IMG/VR virus record: IMGVR_UViG_3300033434_000381
Coordinates: 1-38,012 of that record
From: a virus
Taxonomy: Duplodnaviria > Caudoviricetes
DNA: 38,012 nucleotides
Reading direction: 5' to 3' (one strand)
A program made the translations under genes and the position numbers. Below are positions 9,518-17,071 of this stretch, piece after piece. Each line of letters opens with the position of its first letter. Within the stretch, counting starts at the first letter, position 1. The notes beneath the pieces are model-generated. The model was not told the DNA's origin and ran no database searches. It saw nothing but the letters and a program-made list of their open reading frames with translations.

Positions 9518-9547
9518 AACTCTCGGAATAGCTCCGGGAGTTCTTTT
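9518..9547 (+). terminator. Terminator-like hairpin
   Basis: AACTCTCGGA / TCCGGGAGTT followed by CTTTT. Confidence 0.5.
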
Positions 9548-9619
9548 GCGTAATTAACTTGACTTAATGTGCTTGTCAGGGCTTAATGTAGCATGACAAA
9601 GCAAAAGGAGGCAGGCAGT

Positions 9620-10411
9620 ATGGATAAAAACAGTTTTAGTTTTCAAATGGGGCTTACCGGCAGGGAACGAAAAGAAATAGCTAAACTAATCGCGAGTTAC
9701 TTTGAAACACAGCCAGTATACCAGGGAGCGCCAAGCTTTGAGTATGGTATCATCGAACATTCTGGCAGAGAGTGGCGCATTGACAGAAACTGTACACTTA
9801 TGACCAACGGCACAAAGGAAGAGGATGTAAATACGGTCTTTGCGATACTAAAAGTCTTAGGAGAAAATGGCATCAATGCTGATGGGAAGGTCGCGATAAC
9901 TATTAGCGCAGCAGAGCATACCGGAGTTACACTCCGCAACTTGGTGAACCTTCTGGCCAGCAAGGAAAGATTAATTGCCAAAGCAATGAATAGCGAGCAA
10001 ACTTTTATTGCTCCGAAAATGATTGAGACGGTTAACTCTGCAAACCTCAAAACCATTGATGATTTCATCGAAGCAGTAGGCGACGAATACGGTTCGGGTA
10101 TAGCCGTTAATAGTGATAGTATAACTCTTCGCTGGTTTTCAGCTACACTAGAACCAGAAGTGCTCCAGGCATACTTCCAATTTACCTTTAAAGTCAATGA
10201 AATGGCACTGGCGCAAAAACACTCTACATCGCGTGAGAAAAAAACAAGCAATGATAAATATGCCTTCCGCGTCTGGCTTCTTCGGCTTGGTTTTATTGGT
10301 GACAAATACAAAACAAGCCGTAAGATATTGCTTGAAAAACTGGAGGGTAATGCTGCTTATGCTAAGCCGAGCAAAATGCTACTTGGCGATGGAGATATGC
10401 TGCCTAGGTAA
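9620..10411 (+). CDS. Amidoligase-related ('virulence-related') phage protein
   Basis: AGGAGG RBS then ATG 9620; C-terminal NDKYAFRVWLLRLGFIGDKYKTSRKILLEKLEGNAAY resembles the C-terminus of phage putative amidoligases; adjacent to a GGCT gene. Confidence 0.65.
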   Translation: MDKNSFSFQMGLTGRERKEIAKLIASYFETQPVYQGAPSFEYGIIEHSGREWRIDRNCTLMTNGTKEEDVNTVFAILKVLGENGINADGKVAITISAAEHTGVTLRNLVNLLASKERLIAKAMNSEQTFIAPKMIETVNSANLKTIDDFIEAVGDEYGSGIAVNSDSITLRWFSATLEPEVLQAYFQFTFKVNEMALAQKHSTSREKKTSNDKYAFRVWLLRLGFIGDKYKTSRKILLEKLEGNAAYAKPSKMLLGDGDMLPR

Positions 10412-10433
10412 ATCAAAGGTGGGAGGAATTCAG

Positions 10434-10937
10434 ATGAAGGTATATGCTGCTTACGGGAGTAACATCAATTTATTCCAGATGGCCAAGCGGTGTCCAACTG
10501 CTTATGTGCGTGCAACGGCGATTCTAACAGGATACCGGTTAACATTTCGCGGCACTAACGGCGGCGCTGTGGCAAACATCGAGCCGGATCAAGCAGGGCA
10601 AGTTCCAGTAATGCTTTGGGAGCTTCGAGCATCAGACGAGAGAGCACTTGACCGCTATGAAAATTTTCCAACCCTTTATCGCAAGGAAACTGTGCAGGTA
10701 CGTGTTATCAATAAGCGGGTTAAGGCGATGGTATATGTAATGAATGGGGAAAAACCGCTTGGAGCACCATGGTGGAAGTACTATAACGTTATCCGGCAAG
10801 GCTACCGCATGGCAGCCTTTGACCTCGGTATTTTGGAACAAGCAATAAAGGCATCGGCTTTTCCTGAAGAAGAATGGCCAGATAGGGAAAAGCTTATCGG
10901 CTTGTGGTGGCGACAATATCATGGGTGCGATAAGTAG
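10434..10937 (+). CDS. Gamma-glutamylcyclotransferase (AIG2-like) family protein
   Basis: GGAGG RBS then ATG 10434; YAAYGSN, ALDRYE.FPTLY and YVMN motifs. Confidence 0.88.
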   Translation: MKVYAAYGSNINLFQMAKRCPTAYVRATAILTGYRLTFRGTNGGAVANIEPDQAGQVPVMLWELRASDERALDRYENFPTLYRKETVQVRVINKRVKAMVYVMNGEKPLGAPWWKYYNVIRQGYRMAAFDLGILEQAIKASAFPEEEWPDREKLIGLWWRQYHGCDK

Positions 10938-10942
10938 CATTC

Positions 10943-10995
10943 AGAAAAAGTTGTCCGCTTTGTCCGGTTTAGATGTGGTAGAATAGTAGCATAAG
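10943..10995 (+). promoter_or_regulatory. Putative late promoter / activator binding site, copy 2
   Basis: AGAAAAAGTTGTCCGCTTTGTCCGGTTTAGATGTGGTAGAATAGTAGCATAAG aligns ungapped with 9426-9478; TG-G-TAGAAT extended -10. Confidence 0.65.
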
Positions 10996-11013
10996 ATAAT
11001 TTGAAATAGGGAC

Positions 11014-11049
11014 AAGTCTTTGGAGCAGCAAGCTCTGAGGGCTTTTTTT
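11014..11049 (+). terminator. Rho-independent terminator
   Basis: AAGTCTTTGGAGC / GCTCTGAGGGCTT followed by a T-run. Confidence 0.7.
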
Positions 11050-11100
11050 ATACGATGGAGTTTTTTTCTAACAACCGTGAAATGAGAAAGGGGCTTCAAG

Positions 11101-11562
11101 ATGACGCCTGCTCAAAAACATTATGTTTATAAATTACGTCTGCAAGGCTTAGGATATAAAGCCATCGCCCATGAAATGCTCATTAGTGTTGATGTTATAA
11201 AAGGCTATTGCAAACGAAATTGCTTAAACGGCCCGGCAGAACTTGTACAGTTAAATGCTCCCGTGATCCCAAAAACAAGCGGTCTATGCTTGCACTGCAA
11301 AAAAAGTGTCAAGCAAAAGAAGCGAGGCAGACCTAAAAAGTTCTGCTCCGATGCTTGTAGGTATACCTGGTGGAATGAAAGCCGAGAGCAGAGCAATAGG
11401 AGTAGTGAGGCCACTTATCATTACGCCTGCCAACATTGTGGACGTAGTTTTATTTCGTATGGCAATAAGCAACGAAAATATTGCAGCCATGACTGTTACA
11501 TCAAAGCAAGGTTTTGGCGTATGGAAGAACTACGTGCTCAAACGTTTGAAGCAGTATACTAA
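11101..11562 (+). CDS. HTH plus double zinc-finger phage protein
   Basis: N-terminal LRLQGLGYKAIA HTH; CLHC..KFCSDAC and CQHC..KYCSHDC treble-clef pairs. Confidence 0.75.
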   Translation: MTPAQKHYVYKLRLQGLGYKAIAHEMLISVDVIKGYCKRNCLNGPAELVQLNAPVIPKTSGLCLHCKKSVKQKKRGRPKKFCSDACRYTWWNESREQSNRSSEATYHYACQHCGRSFISYGNKQRKYCSHDCYIKARFWRMEELRAQTFEAVY

Positions 11563-11625
11563 AGGAGTTTATCAAAAATTTCTTGAATAGCTATTAAAAA
11601 TAATGATTTAAGAGGAGGAATGAAA

Positions 11626-11781
11626 TTGGCCGATAAAGCGGACTCTGCCCATGTTGTAATAAACGAAATATATGGAATAGCATCTGAACTTTTAATATTA
11701 CCAGATAAAGCGGCTCAGGAATGCGGAAAACAACTTCGAAAACTGCTTGAACAACTTGAAAGAGAAATTACACAAAAGTAA
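11626..11781 (+). CDS. Small hypothetical helical protein (51 aa)
   Basis: GAGGAGG RBS, TTG 11626 (or ATG 11620), MADKADSAHVV...EREITQK*. Confidence 0.55.
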   Translation: MADKADSAHVVINEIYGIASELLILPDKAAQECGKQLRKLLEQLEREITQK

Positions 11782-11825
11782 GATGAATTTGAATGAAAAG
11801 AGTAGCGATTTTCAGGCGGAAATTC

Positions 11826-11880
11826 ACGGTTCCTTCCAGGCGGGGCGGGGGTTAGCGGGTGCGACGAACCCCGAGTAATT
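11826..11880 (+). promoter_or_regulatory. Putative lambda-like cos site (cosQ-cosN)
   Basis: ACGGTTCCTTCC...GGTTAGCGGGTGCGACGAACCCCG resembles lambda ACGGGTCCTTTCC...GGTTACGGGGCGGCGACCTCGCG in sequence and spacing; GC-rich island; the phage encodes a Nu1/GpA-type terminase. Confidence 0.65.
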
Positions 11881-12080
11881 TCTGGATGAAGTCCAAAAAA
11901 ATCTTTTGACTTTTTGACTATGAAAAACAATGAAATCCAGTAATGACGCGGGTTAAATGAGGGTTTAAATAGTTGTGAAGCAAGGCGATTTTGTAATTCA
12001 ACTTTTCAGTTTTAGCGAAATCAAATAGATAGATTATTAAACGTCCGTTATCTGGGCGTTTTTTGTTTGGAGGGAAGAGG

Positions 12081-15000
12081 TTGGATATTCAGATATTACC
12101 AATAGGTAAACTAAATCCTGCGCCATATAACCCGCGTCTTGATTTAAAACCAGGCGACAAAGATTATGAAAAACTCAAGAAATCTATTCTAACCTACGGC
12201 TACATCGACCCAATAATTGTTAACAAACGTGGGTTTGTAGTTATTGGCGGTCATCAGCGCTTAAAGATACTGCAGGAAATGGGGCACAATGAAGTCGAGG
12301 TTTCCCTGGTTGATTTGCCGTTGGATAAGGAAAAGGCATTAAATATTGCTCTTAACAAGACTGGCGGTGACTGGGATATACCAAGACTGCAGGATTTGCT
12401 TGCCGAACTTCAGCAAACAGGAATAGATCTTGAGATTACTGGTTACGATGATCTGGAGATAGAGGAACTGATGCACACAGCTTTGGCTGACGAAGAGACC
12501 GAAAGTCCACACCAGCGAGTGGTTGAGGATGACTTTGACGCAGATAAGGCCGCTGAGGAAATTGTAAATCCTATTACAAAGATGGGAGACCTTTGGCTAT
12601 TGGGCAAGCACCGTCTTCTTTGCGGGGATGCGACCAGGCAGGAAGATGTAAGCTGTTTGATGGATGGTAAAAAGGCCAACATGGTCTTTACAGATCCGCC
12701 ATATAACGTTAATTATACTGGAGGGACTGCCAGCAAGCTGAAGATACAGAATGATAGTATGTCTGATGCTGACTTTTATCGTTTTCTATTGGAGTCATAT
12801 AAAAACATGTTTGATCATGTAGCGCCTGGCGGCGCTATTTATGTTTGTCACGCCGATACGGAAGGCTTGAACTTTCGCAAGGCGATGCTGGACGCCGGTT
12901 GGCTCTTGAAGCAATGTCTCATCTGGGTAAAAAACTCATTAGTCCTTGGTCGGCAAGACTATAATTGGCGCCATGGTGCGATCCGTTCCTAACTAAAAAG
13001 GTTAGGCACAAAATCATATGATTTTGTAGAACTTATATCTCGAATGGTCAAATGAAGGAGTAACGTCTGGAAGGGCTATCCCTAAGAACTCCGAATGGCG
13101 TAATTTCTATGAAGAGAGAGAACGTCATAAGCTCGGTAAAGTCGTCTGAATGCTACCGAAACAGGTTAAGCTGTCGAAAGCGGTCCAGAGGTGGAAGGCG
13201 TAGCAGATAAGGCGGGGGTCCGGTGTCTATGGTTAGAATGTTAGGCAATCAACAGCCAAAGCGAACTGACGAACTTGCGAATGTACGGGTCTAAAGCCAG
13301 ACTCGGTAGAAATGCCGAGGTGTACATGATGTACAGCTTACGGGGATGAGTAGGAATCGTGTAAGCCAAAGTCCCTATGCCGTTACAGGCGGCATCGTGT
13401 GAGCAGGCCCATAGCAAGGACCTAAGGGCATCGTATGATAGAGATATAGGAACGGAGGAAGCGTTGAACGTGGAGGACTTCATTCCTTGGAAGCGTTGGT
13501 GTGGAAAATATAACACACCTTTATCAACGTGAAAGTGAAGGCATAGTACCAAAGAAGCAGTGATAATAAGCTGTGGAGGGAAGGCCTTTAGTCAATGAAA
13601 AATAGCATAAAATTATGGTAATCATTAGGTTCGAGTATGACTAACAGAGGCGAAATCCAATGAAAGTAGGAGAGTAGCCGACTAATGCCAGCTTGCAAGA
13701 AGAATTTCAAAAAATCCAAACTCCGATATAACGAATACTACGACACACAGCAAATCTTTGATGAACTTTATGAAAAGAGCCAAAAAGGACAGGGATTTAA
13801 AAACCTGCTCCCAATTATCGCATCAGAAAGTAATATACTTCTCGCATATCGTAAGATTAAAAGAAACAAAGGCAGTAAAACCAGTGGTAATAATGGTCAT
13901 ACCATTAAAAATATCATGAGCGCTACGAATGAAGAAATAGTTAGTTACTTTCGAAAGAGGTTGCAAAACTATTCTCCTCATAGTATTAGGCGAGTTGAGA
14001 TTGACAAGGGGAATGGGAAGAAACGACCATTAGGTATACCAACAATCGAAGATAGAATACTACAGCAGTGCATTGTACAAGTGATAGAACCTATCTGTGA
14101 AGCTAAGTTTTATCCATACAGCTTTGGTTTTCGGCCAAACAGAAGCACCCACCATGCAATTGCCAGAGCATATAACTTAGTAAATATCAATAAAATGCTC
14201 TATGTAGTAGACATAGACATAAAAGGATTCTTCGATAATGTAAATCATGGGAAACTGCTCAAACAGATGTGGGCATTGGGTATTTGCGACAAAAATCTCA
14301 TCTGCATAATCGGCAAGATGTTAAAAGCAGAAGTTAAAGGGAAGGGAATTCCAGAGATTGGAACGCCGCAAGGCGGCGTGCTCTCACCACTCTTATCAAA
14401 TATCGTACTTAATGAATTAGATTGGTGGATAGATAGCCAATGGTTATCTATGAAAACAAAGCACGCATTCGCAAATAAATGTTCACAGCATAAGTCGTTA
14501 CGAAAAACAAATCTCAAAGAGATGTATATTGTTCGTTATGCCGATGACTTTAAGATATTCTGTAAATCCTATAGTGATGCAGTTAAAATTTTTGCGGCGG
14601 TAAAATCGTGGCTGAAAGAGCGACTGAGCTTAGAGATAAGCCCAGAAAAGTCCAAGATTACAAATCTAAAGCGAAAATTCACTGAATTTCTAGGGTTTAA
14701 AATTAAAGCCATTCTTAAACGAAAGAAGTATGTGATTAAATCTGGGCTTACTGATAAAGCAAAGAAAAAATGTGTGGAACGCCTGAAAACAGCAATAGAT
14801 AAAATTAAGGAGAACCCCACCGCCCAGGCTATAAGCAACTATAACGCTACGGTCCTGGGGCTGCAAAATTACTATGTTGTAGCAAGTGTGGTAAGTAAGG
14901 ATTTTAAAGAAATCGCCTTTGTAGTCAATAAATGTCTTTATAACAGACTGAAGCATCATCTGAGGAAAAAGGGAATCAAAAGTCAGTCATACCTGAAATT

Positions 15001-15986
15001 TTATGGAGAGTACAATCAGCAAATACATAGTATAGGAGCCATAACGCTCTTTCCATTACAATGTATTAGCATGAAACCACCGATGAATTTTAAACAAGAA
15101 ACATGCGATTATACGGCTGTTGGTCGAGCATTGATACATAAAAATCTAAAACGCACTAATATGGTAATAGTACGCTATATGGTAAATAACCCAGTCAAGG
15201 GTAGAAGTATTGAGTACAACGATAATCGTATATCGTTGTATGTTGGGCAGGCCGGGCTTTGTCATATAACAAAACAAGAATTACAAATAGGGCAAATGGA
15301 AGCGCACCATATTCAGCCAAAAAGCATGGGTGGAACAGATAAGTACGATAACCTAATCTTCATAACTCAGGATACTCATAAATTGATTCACGCAACCTCC
15401 GAGGAAAACATTCAGAAGTATTTAGGCATTATACAACCTAACACAGAGGAACTAAAGTCTATTAACCAATATAGGCAAAAAGCTGGAAACCATATAATTT
15501 AATGTTGATAATCATTGATGGAACGCCGGATGAGCTGGAAACTCTCATGTCCGGTGTGAAGCAGGGGAAAAGGTAGAGATAACATCAAAATCTTACCTAT
15601 TGCTATAGCCGATTCTCTATGGCTGGAAGCCGGGAGCTGCACACACTTGGAACAGCGACCGAAAACAAACCACGGTTTGGGAATTTGACAAACCCAATCG
15701 GAACGCCGAACATCCAACCATGAAGCCGGTGGGAATAGCGGCCCAAGCAATACAGAACAGCAGTAAGTGCGGTGATATTGTACTCGACCCTTTCGGCGGC
15801 AGCGGCTCTACTTTAATTGCCTGTGAGCAAACAAACAGAAATTGCTATACCATTGAACTGGATGAAAAATACACAGATGTTATTGTGAAACGGTATATTG
15901 AACATAGCGGAAGTGATAAAGATGTGTTTTTGCTGCGCGATAATACCCGGTTTAACTACAGTCGGATAAAGTTATTAAACACATAA
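12081..15986 (+). CDS. ParB-like domain plus N6/N4 DNA methyltransferase, intron-split: join(12081..12975,15607..15986), about 424 aa
   Basis: PAPYNPR and IGGHQR (ParB-like); FTDPPYN motif IV in exon 1; removing the intron restores ...YNWRH-E-PILYGWK; HPTMKP and LDPFGGSGST (SAM binding) in exon 2. Confidence 0.9.
12976..15606 (+). mobile_element. Complete group II intron (IIB, probably bacterial class B), 2631 nt
   Basis: 5' GTGCG at 12976; domain V GAACGCCGGATGAGCTGGAAACTCTCATGTCCGGTGTG at about 15521-15558; domain VI ending ...TTGCTAT at 15606; precise removal restores the host reading frame. Confidence 0.93.
13685..15502 (+). CDS. ltrA: Group II intron reverse transcriptase/maturase with C-terminal HNH endonuclease
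   Basis: RPLGIPTIEDR, SFGFRPNRS, DIDIKGFFDNV, GTPQGGVLSPLL, VRYADDF, FLGF; En domain EAHHIQPKSMGGTDKYDNL...HKLIH. Confidence 0.95.
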   Translation: MPACKKNFKKSKLRYNEYYDTQQIFDELYEKSQKGQGFKNLLPIIASESNILLAYRKIKRNKGSKTSGNNGHTIKNIMSATNEEIVSYFRKRLQNYSPHSIRRVEIDKGNGKKRPLGIPTIEDRILQQCIVQVIEPICEAKFYPYSFGFRPNRSTHHAIARAYNLVNINKMLYVVDIDIKGFFDNVNHGKLLKQMWALGICDKNLICIIGKMLKAEVKGKGIPEIGTPQGGVLSPLLSNIVLNELDWWIDSQWLSMKTKHAFANKCSQHKSLRKTNLKEMYIVRYADDFKIFCKSYSDAVKIFAAVKSWLKERLSLEISPEKSKITNLKRKFTEFLGFKIKAILKRKKYVIKSGLTDKAKKKCVERLKTAIDKIKENPTAQAISNYNATVLGLQNYYVVASVVSKDFKEIAFVVNKCLYNRLKHHLRKKGIKSQSYLKFYGEYNQQIHSIGAITLFPLQCISMKPPMNFKQETCDYTAVGRALIHKNLKRTNMVIVRYMVNNPVKGRSIEYNDNRISLYVGQAGLCHITKQELQIGQMEAHHIQPKSMGGTDKYDNLIFITQDTHKLIHATSEENIQKYLGIIQPNTEELKSINQYRQKAGNHII

Positions 15987-16080
15987 ATGATGAATTTCCA
16001 AGTGGTTGTTACTATTTATAAGTATTTTGGATTTTGTTGCAAGGGATATTAACGTCACTTCGAGAGATAATAATCAGCGT

Positions 16081-16461
16081 AAGGGATCTGTAATGGTTGA
16101 GCCCAGATTAGTATCGGGTTTCGGAAACGGAGCTCGGTATTAGTCGGTCAAAGATTATTGTCGGGTCGAAAGGCTCGGTAATAGTCGGCGAGAAGATTGC
16201 TATAGGTCTTGAAAGGCTGTACGGTAGCCCAACTGTTGTCGTATGGTCCCAAGGGAAGTATGGCAGTCGAGCTAAGACTATCATGGGTTGTGAATTTAAC
16301 GGGTCGTCTGCAGTCGGGAGATTGCAGGCGGTTCAGTAGCTATCTGTGGTAGTCGAGCAAAGGTCAGTATTGGTTGTGTAATGCTTGTGCGTAGGCGAAA
16401 GTTTGCGTATAGGTATGTAATGATCAGTATTGGCTGTAGCGTAAATCATTACGGGTTCCTT
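16081..16461 (+). ncRNA. Candidate large structured ncRNA (multi-hairpin, 7-way junction), family unknown
   Basis: 18-bp closing stem 16081-16098/16444-16461 enclosing six hairpins; GNRA tetraloops; about one third G-U pairs on the + strand; no ORF in the track; terminator downstream. Confidence 0.7.
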
Positions 16462-16491
16462 TTAAATTTATAAATGAAAACTAATTGTTCT

Positions 16492-16520
16492 AACAGTCGC
16501 CTGTCAAGGGTGGCTGTTTT
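16492..16520 (+). terminator. Terminator-like hairpin between the candidate ncRNA and terS
   Basis: AACAGTCGCCT / GGGTGGCTGTT followed by TT. Confidence 0.6.
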
Positions 16521-16537
16521 AGTTTGGGAGTGATCCC

Positions 16538-17071
16538 GTGGATTGGTCGCAGGACCTTGAGGGGAAAAAATGCATATCAACTGGGGCTTTGTGTGAGATT
16601 CTAGGGGTTACTAAACAGTCCCTCAATTACTGGGAGCAACAGGGGTGTCCAAAGGTGGCGCATGGCTGGTGGTGTATTGCGGAAGTGCTGCGGTGGCGAG
16701 GCTTGGTTGGGCCGGGAGTTAGGACCGAGGGCGAAGCGTATGAACTAACCCACAAGGAACAAAAAACTAAAGCCGAAGCGGATCTTAAAAAAATCCAAGC
16801 CGCTACTGCGGCACTTAGACTGTCTGAAATTAAGGGTAAGTTTATTGCAGTAGAAGAAGTCAATGAAACCTTGACGGATTTTTTTGCTGTTTTGAAAAAA
16901 TCTCTTCTCAGTTTAAGCCGTAAGATATCGCAGGAGGTTATGCCCTTTGTTGGTCCAGCGGTTGCCAGGTCGGTAGAACGGGTGGTGATAGAAATTGTTA
17001 ATAACGCACTTAAACAGATTAGCACCGACGGTCAATACACGCCGCCGCGCAAAAGAAAAACTAAACATTGA
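16538..17071 (+). CDS. terS: Terminase small subunit (lambda Nu1-like)
   Basis: N-terminal winged HTH (LCEILGVTKQSLNYWEQQGCP), coiled coil, immediately upstream of GpA; GGGAG RBS. Confidence 0.8.
   Translation: MDWSQDLEGKKCISTGALCEILGVTKQSLNYWEQQGCPKVAHGWWCIAEVLRWRGLVGPGVRTEGEAYELTHKEQKTKAEADLKKIQAATAALRLSEIKGKFIAVEEVNETLTDFFAVLKKSLLSLSRKISQEVMPFVGPAVARSVERVVIEIVNNALKQISTDGQYTPPRKRKTKH

Noticed and set aside
9697-10311. Long antisense ORFs in the track (e.g. 9697-10311, 16627-17025, 34220-34630, 36743-37150)
   Set aside because: They shadow well-supported + strand genes and show no recognisable motifs.
12063-12992. Truncated methyltransferase pseudogene, with 15720-15986 as a separate gene
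   Set aside because: Both are exons of one gene interrupted by the intron.
13228-13233. TATGGT as intron EBS1
   Set aside because: It could pair with the exon end, but CTATGG is complementary to CCATAG near 13409 and more likely forms an internal domain I helix.
13685-16461. Reverse transcriptase plus nearby structured RNA as a retron, DGR or defence-RT system
   Set aside because: The RT has maturase and HNH domains and lies inside canonical group II boundaries whose removal restores the methylase; no TR/VR pair was seen; the structured element starts about 475 nt beyond the intron end.
16081-16461. CRISPR array or type III antitoxin repeat array
   Set aside because: No identical repeats of 23 nt or more and no regular period; only 5-nt stem bases and 7-8 nt linkers recur; no cas or toxN-like gene is adjacent.
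16451-16463. ACGGGTTCCT as a second cosQ-like site next to terS
   Set aside because: No cosN-like GC-rich sequence follows, and these bases are explained as the 3' arm of the 18-bp closing stem.
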